A stretch of 64,000 bases of DNA from contig NW_025963857.1 in assembly GCF_023055435.1 (NCBI RefSeq), positions 17,546,001 to 17,610,000 of the forward strand, written 5' to 3'. Origin of the DNA: Haliotis rufescens. Its lineage: Eukaryota. The position numbers were made by a program, and so were the translations under genes. Below the pieces are notes generated by a model. It saw nothing but the letters and a program-made list of their open reading frames with translations, had not been told where the DNA came from and did not search any database. Positions 24,170 through 36,600 of the stretch are shown here, piece after piece (the first letter of the stretch is position 1; every line of letters starts with the position of its first letter).

Positions 24170-24892
24170 CTATCTAGCATGAAACAATAACTCACCTTCC
24201 AGGTAAAACAATCGGTTTCTCAGTATTTCCCATCTTGTTGTTGGGTCGAGCTGCTGGAAGGCCGCAGTGCGTCGTGTTGGTGTGCCACCATCCTGCTCAT
24301 GTGCCTTTGTGCTATAATAGCATTTTACTAACTTATTCATACATCTTTTCCTTAATTCGAATAATTCATTCTTATGCGCCAACACGAAGTATCGCATGAG
24401 ACGATCCTTATTCTCCTTATGGTATCTTTCAGAAGTTATTTCCATCCTTGTTGGCAAGTAGATATACGTATTCATATTCATGCCAGGTAACTCTTTTTCT
24501 ATCAATGTTTTACACGTTTCCAGCAGAAACAACAGCTTGTACTTCGCAGCCAGTGGGAGTAGATACTCGACATTGTCTTCATCAACAACGTTGACGCTCC
24601 TGAAGTTGGGGTAGATGGAGGTCAGCATGTCCACAATGTGGTCAACACGTCCGTCCAACTTGGCCACGGCTTTGTTGGTTTTCCTAGGAGGAGACTGGTG
24701 GTCCGGGCGTTGCTGGAACTCACTCGCCAGTGTCGGGGACATCAGAGAGATTATATTCAGGTCCACGTGAAGCTCGTGGTCTTCCACCTGTATGACGGCG
24801 TCTGATTTCTTATTCCCCTCTGTAAAGAAGGTTTTCACCTCTTTTAAACGATCCTCGGGCCTTTCGTTCCCAAACGTCGCAAACAAGGACAT
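24170..24892 (-). CDS. BTB/POZ domain-containing protein (240 aa from the first ATG; single coding exon, possibly extended 5' through an acceptor near 24953)
   Basis: SDAVIQVEDHELHVDLNIISLMSPTLASEF...MLTSIYP...VDEDNVEYLLPLAAKYKLLFLLETC is a canonical BTB motif, followed by a BACK-like helical region; ORF is intact. Confidence 0.85.
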   Translation of the reverse strand: MSLFATFGNERPEDRLKEVKTFFTEGNKKSDAVIQVEDHELHVDLNIISLMSPTLASEFQQRPDHQSPPRKTNKAVAKLDGRVDHIVDMLTSIYPNFRSVNVVDEDNVEYLLPLAAKYKLLFLLETCKTLIEKELPGMNMNTYIYLPTRMEITSERYHKENKDRLMRYFVLAHKNELFELRKRCMNKLVKCYYSTKAHEQDGGTPTRRTAAFQQLDPTTRWEILRNRLFYLEGELLFHAR

Positions 24893-24996
24893 GTTCCTAT
24901 GGATTACTGTAGCAGATGACTTTAATTTGCTGCTGGTCTTGCTGTCCGTGTTCTGGAAATAAGAATTATCCAGTGGACAAATCACCGTACACTACG

Positions 24997-25026
24997 TTCC
25001 GAGAAACACGGAAACATTTCTAGGAA
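24997..25026. promoter_or_regulatory. Two tandem GAS-like (TTCN3GAA) STAT motifs upstream of the BTB gene
   Basis: TTCCGAGAA at 24997-25005 and TTCTAGGAA at 25018-25026 (inside the palindrome acatttctaggaaatgt). Confidence 0.35.
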
Positions 25027-25989
25027 ATGTGCAACACAAGGTCGTCCTACTCGGCTACGGCGCACTGTTGATCAGCGAACCCTTTGAGTTTGTGCAGGGA
25101 ACCCTCGACCAGAACATTGCTTAGTGAAGTGGGTAGCACATGTCATGACGTTTCTGTTGTGGCCCCGAACTGACCCAGATCAATACATTCAGGAGGGTAT
25201 AGCTTAAGAAATATCATCTTACCATACATGTCTCTGAAATCCTCAAAGTGAGGAACAGCTAACTGCATTCCAGTCCCCCCAAAACTCCCGCTATCAGCAG
25301 GGGCGCTCTTGCCAGCTTCCCTGGTGTGTCACATCTGATTAGTGACCACAAGCTATTCTGTAGCAGACGACATGTATGTGAGTCCAGAAAATAATTGTCT
25401 TCTTTTAAAATATTGATATTTGGTTATTTTAAACTACTTTGAAACATTTAAATGTTCTGCAGATTAAAAAAATGATATTGGTCAACTTGTAGACAACCAA
25501 TTTAAATTTAAATTTATTGTGCGTAACATAATGGCCTTATTAATGCTTCCAAAAGCAGGCAAGACATATTACAAAGTATAACTCTTTTGCCATGAAACAT
25601 TTATCTAGTCAGTTGTGTAAGAAAATATCAAAAGTACAGTAGACATTGATGAATAATTAAAACAAATGTTCATAATTAACAAATCAAGTGGGTTTTTTAC
25701 ATGAAGCAGAAACAGTATTTACTAACTGGATTCAACATTTGACATAATAAGAAATATCTTTCAAGGGCTATAAGGGTGTTCATAAACCTGCAGGTGCAAT
25801 GGACATCATGTTACTGACCAGTACATGTGGTGCACGTGGTCTTCTGGTGACATTCATGTAGATGCGAGAAGTTCAGTTGAACAAGCTATATAGAAATAGT
25901 TTCATCTTGGTTTTCCTTTCATGTAAATACCATAGTCACCCCTATTTCTTCTAACTTTGATGGCAAAGAGTATTTAAAACATAAATAAG

Positions 25990-26985
25990 TACAAAGTAAC
26001 CAATGTCATATTTGGGATAAAACTTCCTCTGTAAAGTGCAAACCCTAGTAATTTTTGGAGTTGACTCCCATCTGGGACAAAAATGGAAGTTTGACAAATG
26101 GTACTCACAAGCTTCGTGTACCACTCTGACAAGTGTATATTGGCACGGGTACAACTTTGCAATATGTTCGCTACTTTTTAAACCCACTAATTATAAAGTT
26201 TAAAATTTTACCCATCATATTATTCTCAAAAAGGTTTGAGGAACCATTCTACATTGCTACGTTAGATTTTGAGGAGGTTATTGAGGCATATAATATATCC
26301 TTTTAATAATTTGAAGTGGCAGTCAAACATACGAAATGTTATATTTGGGATAACACTTTCTTTGCAAAGTAGTTTCTCCGGGATTCAAACCAACACTGCC
26401 AGAGTGAGGCACAAATCGCCAGCACACAAAGTCAGCGATCTAACCCACTCAGCCACCGAGGCTTCCACAAAAATAAAAGTCCGACAACTGGTAGTCTAGA
26501 TCACGTACTTTGTGTACCCCCCTGACAAGTGTAAATTGGCACTGCTCCCATGACCTGAAGCTATGAACACACAATGCCATTTAGAAAGTGGTCAAATGTA
26601 ACAAATGTTATATTTGGGATAACACTTTCTTTGCAAAGTACAGATACTCGTACTTTTTCGGGTTGAGTCCCGTCCAGGATTCGAACCCACACTGCCAGAG
26701 TGAGGCACCTAATCGCCAGCACACAAAGTCAGCGATCTAACCCATTCAGCCACCGAGGCTTAAACAAAAATGAAAGTCCGACAACTGGCCATGGGAGCCC
26801 TGCCAATTTACACTTGTCAGAGGGGTACACAAAGTATGTGATCTAGACTACCAGTTGACTACCAGTGTTATCCCAAATATAATATTTGTTACATTTGTCC
26901 ACTTTCTAAATGGCATTGTGTGTTCATGGCAGTCAAACAGTTTTGAACATTATTTGTAGTGGCGAACATATTGTAAATTTGCCCC
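25990..26985. repeat. Cluster of tandem and inverted copies of a tRNA-like-module repeat
   Basis: aaatgttatatttgggataacact recurs at ~26003, 26333 and 26603, and inverted at ~26865; tRNA-like modules on the minus strand at 26380-26463 and 26677-26760. Confidence 0.7.
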
Positions 26986-27950
26986 AGTATAAATCCATTT
27001 TTCAATTTTTCACTGAAAGAGCAAGTTGAACAGAATACTATTAAAACACTAGTCTGCCTCACAGAATCTCAAGCTTTTTAGTTTCCTTTCTGCCTTCCCC
27101 TTACTGAAATGGTATAGCCCTAAAACATGAAGCAAGTGTAAAATTTTCTAAAAGCTGAATCTCTCATCTCAATGTGGCTCTTTTTCAATTTATTGGCGTT
27201 ATTGGTTTTTATCAAAATTATATAGACTAAGGGTTAGTCTACTAACATACCTATGAGTATGAGCCTAACCCAAAACTACCATCATTAGTAATGGCTAATG
27301 AATTGCCTAATTGGGTTTAAACCCGATATATATAAATGCTTACCACATTGAACATGATTTAAATATTGGTCAAGGGATGTCAGTTTCCAGTGAATAGACA
27401 CTTTATTATAATTATTACCTCCAAAACGTTTTTCAAAGAGTTGATTTGGTCACTGTAGTTTCACTGTTTTGTCTTGGAGTGTTATGTTTCAATCCTTGAG
27501 TGTCAAGCTGGCCCATGCCATCAGTGCCCTAAAGTAAACAAACTTGGACCAGCTTGACCGTGTCTGCTTCACTGGAGCAGGGGAACAACTGATAAGATCA
27601 TGGCTAAAGAGTATCAGATTCAGTGAGAGGGGGGATGCTGACAGGGAGAGTTTGGGCTTATGCCACTAAGTGTTTCGATAAAATTCATCTACGCCCTAGA
27701 GTCCAAATGTACAGCCTAGTCGAGGCTTGCAGACACATGTTTGTATACACAAACCATGGCCATATCTATGGCGGGGCGTAACTAGGATTATTTAAATTAT
27801 AAGCAAATGAATGCTGCATAGCTTGACATAAGACTACCCGATCTTTACTGCGTTGTCTGGAAAACGTTAGTACTTTCAAAGACCAATGTGTAAATAAGGA
27901 ACTATCAGACGAAACTCCAGTAGTGAACAGTTATGCTAACAGACACAAAG

Positions 27951-28310
27951 GTGAGGTGAGGTGAAACGTGAGGGGTTTAACGTCGCGTCCAAGATTATTG
28001 CACTTATATAGCGACGTGAATGTTCGTGTGTGTGTTTGTGTGGCTGCTTGTACTAGTCCGGACTGATGCCGATTTATAGTGCTATCTCACTGAGATACCA
28101 TGCCGCAATTTAACATGAATATCCCACTCAGCACAGTATTCTGACTCCGAGCCGACCAGTCCTTGTTTTAGCCCCTTAATGCCGAGCACCAGACAGTGTA
28201 ACAACAAGTACCATCTTTTAACGTCTTTTGGTATGACACGGCCGGGGATCGAATCCCGGACTTTCCGCTCTCCGGGCGGATGCTCTATCACTAGACCACA
28301 GAAGCGGTCT
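27951..28310 (-). mobile_element. tRNA-derived SINE family C, full length
   Basis: 12-bp TSD acagacacaaag; reverse complement of 57508-57872. Other copies ~37070-37396(-), 37610-37760(-), 58575-58896(-). Confidence 0.92.
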
Positions 28311-30637
28311 ACAGACACAAAGACAAGGCGAACCAAACAGAAGTAGGTTCCAGTAATAATGTTTTCAATACTCATTCCACAGTGACATATTGCAAACTTA
28401 TAGCTCACAGTACAGGGCCCTGTTCCACACAGCTATCTTAGTGCTACGTGTAAACCTATGATAAAGTATGGGAGTTACGACCACCTTAGCACTAAGATCC
28501 CTGTGTTGAACAGGTTCCAGGTACCAACCCACGTCTTCGGAGTCAGTCATAATCGCCAGCTCTGAATTAATGTTATAACACCTTATCCACTTTACATATA
28601 TGCCTTGAGAACAGAGTATTGAAACAAGGAAACTGCTCAGTCACCCATTTACAATGAAACAGACTAGTCTAAAGAATGTTTTTAACCAGGTCAGTTTGAA
28701 AAAAGAATCTGCAACTTTAAATACACTTAGTACACAACAGTTCAAGTAGAAATGGAAAATGTTTTGCGTACATTTTGTGATGCTACAGTAGTGAAACTAT
28801 TGAAGATGAATGTACATTTCTCCATGATTATTTAAGTGAAAAAGAAAAAAAGAAGAGTTTGGAACCTAAGTCCATCTTGTTGCCATGGAAATGTAAAAAA
28901 TAAAAATTTCTAAAATTTCTAAATAGCAAAAGGCACCAGTTCAGCATGAACTTGACAGACCTGCAAAGTTTCATGAAAAAATATTGAACGGTTTCTGAGT
29001 TATGCTCCGGAAATGAATCTTTGTTGGGCGGGGGATAACAAGTTAAAGAACAGCCACACTTGGAAGGCTGTGTGTTACAATACCCACCAGCCATGCCAAA
29101 AAAATCAGGTGTTCTTTAACTTCTTTTGAGTAGATTACAACACTAATATAAATGTTTTCTAAACTTGGCTACAAGCCAGTGTGAATGGGATAGTGTGTGT
29201 TGGGTTTATCACCCTTTTGAACAGCATTTCAGTTACATCACAGCCTGTCAGATTGAAGTGGCAGAGAGCCTGAAGTGATGCAGGTCTCGGATGTTTTCCA
29301 CTTAGGGGGTACCCAATAAATGGGTATGGTGCTGTCAAACCAAGAATCAACAGGGCAAATCTGGGTTTCAAACCTGTGAACTAGGATACTGGCACACCTA
29401 TTATAGGAAGTGAAGTGCTCAGCAAACTGAGCCCTGGGCAGTCCTAACCCCCCTCCACCAGCTATGTTTGTTTTGTTTGTTGTTTAACGCTGCACACAGC
29501 ATCAATCCAGCTACACGACAGTGGTCTCTAAATAATCGAGTCTGGCCAAAACAATCCAGTGACTGACATCATGAGCATTGATCTATGCAATTGGGAAACG
29601 ATGACATGCATCAACAAAGTCAGTGAGCCTGGCCACCTGATCCCATTAGTCGCCTCTTACGACAAGCATAGTCGACTCTTATGGCAAGCATGGGTTGCTG
29701 TAGACCAATTCTAACCTGGATCTGCAGGGTTTCCGTAGCTGTGAACCTAATGAGTAGAAATGAGGCCGAAGTTTCTGTTCTATTGGACATTATCTTTAAA
29801 ATTCTTCAATAAAATGTTACATTTCTTCCACTGCTTTCACAAACTGAGGAAGGACAGATGCATAGCCGCAGACATGAACATATGCATGATACGGATGTGA
29901 TCTCAAAAGACAAAAACGTTTGTTTACAATATTTATTCCATATTTAACAAAGCATACGCTCAACAAAACAATACAGAGAAACACAATTCCTATCTGCCCA
30001 GACCACATCTAAGTCAATTAAAAAGTAAGCAAAACAAAAACAATTCTAAAAGTCAGTTTGAATGGCTCATTCCAAATTCAAACTTAAAATTTAAAGATAA
30101 AATTGAGTTCCTTACAATAAATCTACACAAAGAAGCACCAGGATTTTACTTCTAAGTGATGTCATTACACAGGAAATTGTATAACTTTCCTAACATAATA
30201 AGTATTGGCTCATTAGATGCAAAACTGTGCTTGTTCTTTTTAATTTGAGTAAAATGCACATCATGGATCTTACAAAAGGGATGTTTGTTTCATTTTCAAA
30301 TGGACAAAAATAACCTTAATGTTGTTATAAATAGGAGTTCCCTGGAACTTCAAACTTTTCTCATCCACTTTCTAAACAGTTGGTCAACAGAAGAATAACA
30401 ATACACATCATTGTAAACTGTTTCAAGGCTTGATATCATAAATGCTTTTGTTAGTGAATTTGTGTACAAAAATACAACATATTATCATAGTCAGGCACTA
30501 GAATCAAGTATGTTTATCAATTTCACTTTGACGAATACAGAACAGCATTGTTATTATCATTATTTTCACAGTTGGGAAGCGTGTCCAAAAAAAGGATAAT
30601 CCAGTACGAGTTCACAGTATTACAACCATTCAAAGGT

Positions 30638-33600
30638 TCATGTTTGGTTTTTATTCATTGCAGTCTTGTCCCGAATTACAAAAAAGTTTTTGGCAAGGGA
30701 GTTGACTTTGGCCAGATGAGATGGCAGTGGCAAGGATGCGAGGCCAGCCTTGCCCAAATTCCGGACACCCTCAAGCACCGATGGTCCTTCAAACTTGATG
30801 CGGCAGCGGAATGGTCTGTCTTTGTTGGCCATCATGGGGACAAACTTAGTTCCACGAAATTTTACATCCATCTGAAAAACAAACACTGGTTGCTATTGCT
30901 ATACATGTGCTATACTCTCATGATTTGACAACAGTGTCGGTATTGAGGGTGATCCTGGGGTCCTAGACCCACTTGCACAAAGCAATCTTAGCACTACGAC
31001 TATCTTAAGTCTATATTAAAGTATGGCAGTTATGATCATCGTAGCGCTGAGATCGCTTTGTGCAAGTGGGTCCTCACGTCTGCTCCTATAGTATTGTGAT
31101 GCAACTCAAACTGAAAAATGTACCAACTGTTATAATGATAATATATAGAGAAACGCCCAGAAAAGGCCAACACTGTAATAGCCCTGAGGATACCTTTAAC
31201 ATTAGACAAACTGACTGGTTGGGCTCGTGCAAAGTTGCATCTTGAGTACAGGGGCCCATCTGACCATGCTAAATGAATATGCAGAGATTATGAAGATTGT
31301 GAGTAATTGTCTCATAGCATAAGCATTCGTCAGACGGTCGGCCTACTGATCTTTTGATGAGCATGTGGAAATGGGCACACATTAAGACTCATGGGGTCTT
31401 CAAGGCCATCCTCGAATATCCAGTGAATTTTGTTCCCATTTTCACAACATATACCATCGACCCTTCACCACTACAGCATTGCTTAAGAAGTGATGTCACC
31501 ATATCCATCAAAGAATATCACTTTGGCATAAATCTACATTCAAAATTTCACCCTGACAAGTGAGTTCTGAGTTGTACGAAACAGTCCCAAATCCATTTAA
31601 CTTGCATACATAAAATATGTTTCAACAAGAGGCTTGAGTGTACTGAACAGCTACCTTGTATTCCAGCTTCTCCAGAGTTGGCTGGTCAGCACTCCCAAAT
31701 GTGTGGTCAAGCAACTCCATCCGTTGTTTCTTCTCTTCTTCATTCTCACCTCTGAGTCGCTTGTCGAAGTCCTTCACTGGTTCAGATGACGCTGCAACAT
31801 TTGGCCAAACATCACAGCAGGAGAAACAAACAAACATCACAGCAGGAGAAACAAACAAACATCACAGCAGGAGAAACAAACAAACAAGGTGGTGAGGTGA
31901 AATGGGGTTTAACGTCGCATCCAAGATTATTGCACTTATATAGCGACGTTACAAACAAACAAACATCACAGCAGGAGAAACAAACAAACATCACAGCAGG
32001 AGAAACAAACAAACAAGGTGGTGAGGTGAAATGGGGTTTAACGTCGCATCCAAGATTATTGCACTTATATAGCGACGTTACAAACAAACAAACATAACAG
32101 CAGGAGAAACAAACAAACATCACAGCAGGAGAAACAAACAAACAAACAAACATCACAGCAGGAGAAACAAACAAACAAACATCAGAGCAGGAGAAACAAA
32201 CATCAGAGCAGGAGAAACAAACAAACATCAGAGCAGGAGAAACAAACAAACATCACAGCAGGAGAAACAAACAAACATCACAGCAGGAGAAACAAACAAA
32301 CAAACATCACAGCAGGAGAAACAAACAAACAAACATCACAGCAGGAGAAACAAACATCACAGCAGGAGAAACAAACAAACATCACAGCAGGAGAAACAAA
32401 CAAACATCACAGCAGGAGAAACAAACAAACAAACATCACAGCAGGAGAAACAAACAAACAAACATCACAGCAGGAGAAACAAACAAACAAACATCACAGC
32501 AGGAGAAACAAACAAACATCACAGCAGGAGAAACAAACAAACAAGGTGGTGAGGTGAAATGGGGTTTAACGTCGCATCCAAGATTATTGCACTTATATAG
32601 CGACGTTACAAACAAACAAACATAACAGCAGGAGAAACAAACAAACATCACAGCAGGAGAAACAAACAAACAAACAAACATCACAGCAGGAGAAACAAAC
32701 AAACAAACATCACAGCAGGAGAAACAAACATCAGAGCAGGAGAAACAAACAAACATCAGAGCAGGAGAAACAAACAAACATCACAGCAGGAGAAACAAAC
32801 AAACATCACAGCAGGAGAAACAAACAAACAAACATCACAGCAGGAGAAACAAACAAACAAACATCACAGCAGGAGAAACAAACATCACAGCAGGAGAAAC
32901 AAACAAACATCACAGCAGGAGAAACAAACAAACATCACAGCAGGAGAAACAAACAAACAAACATCACAGCAGGAGAAACAAACAAACATCACAGCAGGAG
33001 AAACAAACAAACAAACATCACAGCAGGAGAAACAACCATCACAGCAGGAGAAACAAACATCACAGCAGGAGAAACAAACAAACATCACAGCAGGAGAAAC
33101 AAACAAACAAACATCACAGCAGGAGAAACAAACAAACAAACATCACAGCAGGAGAAACAAACAAACATCACAGCAGGAGAAACAAACAAACATCACAGCA
33201 GGAGAAACAAACAAACAAACATCACAGCAGGAGAAACAAACATCACAGCAGGAGAAACAAACATCACAGCAGGAGAAACAAACAAACATCACAGCAGGAG
33301 AAACAAACAAACAAACATCACAGCAGGAGAAACAAACATCACAGCAGGAGAAACAAACATCACAGCAGGAGAAACAAACAAACATCACAGCAGGAGAAAC
33401 AAACAAACAAACATCACAGCAGGAGAAACAAACAAACAAACAAACATCACAGCAGGAGAAACAAACAAAAAAGTCTAAATATGGTCTCAATATTGTCAAG
33501 AACGAGATTGCAGTAGACAATAAGATATTTTTTTCAGCTTGAAATTTCTGCCTATAATTCTAGAGAATGGAACGACTAACGCAAAGTCGCATCAACATGT

Positions 33601-36600
33601 GGATGGCCTGTCAAATGTCCATCCAATTTAGTTCGCCTGTCATGTGATGCTGCCCCCCATACTGATCATGGTCCAGGATTGTTGCCTTGGCATAGTGCAT
33701 GCCGCTACATTGCCAAATACGTTTTCTGCCATCTGTGAGTCGGAGGCAAACCTTTATTTCATCTGCATTTAAAACATGGTATAAAACCATTGGTTCACAG
33801 TTCATCACTGATGTTGCCTGGCCCACCCAATCTTTGTCGCCTATGGTGAGCTGTTAGGGCCACACCCTCACAAGATGCCTTGCTTTCAGGCGGGCTGTAT
33901 AGAGCCGGTTTAGTTGTTTCAAATTTGCCTTCCTGTTATTGTACAGAACTCTCTATTGATAACAGGAGCAGATTTAAATCTATTGCGTAGCACAATTAAT
34001 GTAATGAGATGACCTTGTGTATGTGTTGTTTTTTATGTCCTTCCACTCCCAGATTGCATTGTAACCCCACCCGTTTGACTATACTCGTCCCACAGTTGAG
34101 CAATTACACTTCTTGATTTGCCAAACATTCAGGCAACTTGGGATACTGTTGTCCCCTCTCTATCATACCCACAATTAGCCATTTGTCTGTTAAATTGCGA
34201 TACTGTCTCACAAAACTTGAATGAGCTTGGGAATCAAATCTGCTGTCTATAAACTTCCATTCATCAATGTCACATTAGTTTTTTAAACATCAGATATATG
34301 AGAGGTATGAACATGTTTGAACAAAAGCAAAATTTATGAAATAAACGACGAGTGGGAGTAGTTTATCGTACAATAAACACTGCAGGGAGAATAAACCATG
34401 AGGGCCTGAATTACCGCAAGTTGATTATTATCAACATTACGCACAGCCTAAAGGATGTTACAAAAAATGTTGAGCTTTAAAAATATTTACCCGTATTTAA
34501 ATAATGATTACTCCCTGAATAGATTCTGACCTCGGCAATGTCGAACATGTCCGTTTTACGAACAGGTGGGTTGGTTAAGTTTGGTATTTCCTGCATATTG
34601 TCACAATCCTCACGTCGATTATCTGTGCCTTTGCTCGCTTTACCATTTGTCATATCTGTCCTACTTTTAGATGTGATCATTCGGCTGTACACTGTGTATG
34701 CCCAGACACATTTCTGAGGAACAATGAACTATACACTTCCCTATAAAAAACAACGTCATCCAATATATGACGTCATCAAGTTGCAAGCTCATATTCAAAT
34801 CTCCAGAAATGATGACATGATAGAACAATGCCTCAACGTGAAATAAACCATGCTTAGTTCTTCATTGTTCTTTTTGATTTATCACATAGCTATTTTACAT
34901 ATGACAATAAAAGAAGGAAATCGCTCTTGCCAGTATCTTTCCGAGGCAAGCATGTACACTAGCTTGTATCAAAGTCAAGTTTTCACCCTTGCCATTTCAA
35001 GCCTACTATTCTCGGCAAAAATATGATAGGAATATCGCACAAGCAGATAGTTGTATCAGAGAAAGTTTGACAAAATCAACACCAGGTTTTGAAATTATTC
35101 CAAAAAATTAAGCGAAGACAAATATTTCTGAAGTGATTCAAAGTTTTCAATGAACTCGACCAACTACTTTTATATATTCAAGTGCAAACGTCATTGATTT
35201 TTAACTAAAATGACTGAAGGTTTATCGGAGTGACTGAGATACAGTGCTATTTTTAAGACGATCCCTGCTGTGTGTTCCATGTTACCGTGATGTGCAGTGT
35301 TACTTGATACTGTGCAATCTGTATGCCTCTCTCAATGTGCAGCAGCAATAAGTATCTTTACTGTGGCAATCTGTCATTTTGTTTGGCTGTCAGGGATGAT
35401 ATCTCAAATTGTTTCGGTATCTAATCCACCAGGTTGTCTGCTATAGTCGTCATCTTTGTGAAGCCATTTGAAATAGGAACAGCAATCTGATCGGATATCT
35501 CATTTTCATCACAAGGGACACAACTCTTGTTTTACACGAGGTGGAACCACAATCAAGCCAAGAACAGTAGCCTTAAAATGGCAATGGCAGAAACTAGGCT
35601 TTCAAATAGGCTAGTGGACAATCTGACCTCAGGGAAGATGTCTTGCCAGTGCCATTACCATCGCTATAAGATCCAGGGTAGAATAGGTCTTCAGCAACCC
35701 ATGTTGCTGTGAAAGGCGACTATGCTATTTAGGAGGCGACTAACGGGATCGGGTGGTCAGAATCGCTGACTTGGTGGATGCATGGCATCGATCCCAATTG
35801 CGAGGATCGATGCTCATGATATTAATCACTGGATCGTCTGGTCCAGACTCAATTATTTACAGATCGCCGTTATATAGCTGGAATATTGCTAAGTGAGGGA
35901 GTGGATGTTGTTTTGTTTTTCGATACCTTTTGAATCCACAGTACAATGCAAAATAAATGCAATATGAAGGGGTTTTACTGAATCTCCATGTTCATATCAA
36001 TTTTTTGTACAGCTAACAGATCATGAAAATTATCTTTGTGAGTTTGTTATTATTTAATGGCGCATGCAGCAATATTCCACCCTTGTGACGTTAACCTGTA
36101 AATAATCAGGCCTCAACCAGATAATCCAGTGATTGTTATTATAAGCAATATTCACACCATTTGGGTACAGGAACATTTAATCAACCAAGTCACCGAGTCC
36201 GTCCAAAATTATTTTTGTTGCCTCGTATGACAAGCATGACAAGTTGTGGACCTGTTGTAATACAGAATCCCCACCGAATACTGTTGTTGTTGTTGTTGTT
36301 TGTTGTATGATGCCGCACTCAGCAATATTCCAGCTATATGACGGCGGTCTGTAAATAATCGAGTCTGGACCACACAATCCAGTGATTAATATCATGAGCT
36401 GATGTCCACGCAATTGGGATCGATGAAATACATCAACCGAGTCAGCGAGTCTGACCACCCGATCCCGTTTGTCGCCTCTTTTATGGCAAGCATGGGATGC
36501 TGAAGACCCGGATCTTCACAGGTCCTGAACACTTTGGGAATCACATAGAAAGGTATAAGGTTTCATGAAAAGTTCACCAACTTTTGCCATGTGAGTGTAT

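Noticed and set aside
31808-33468. Repeat-spacer-like pattern and Cys-rich ORFs (MFVCFSCCDV...)
   Set aside because: The spacers are only (AAAC)n length variants; the ORFs shift frame constantly and lie in a CENP-N intron
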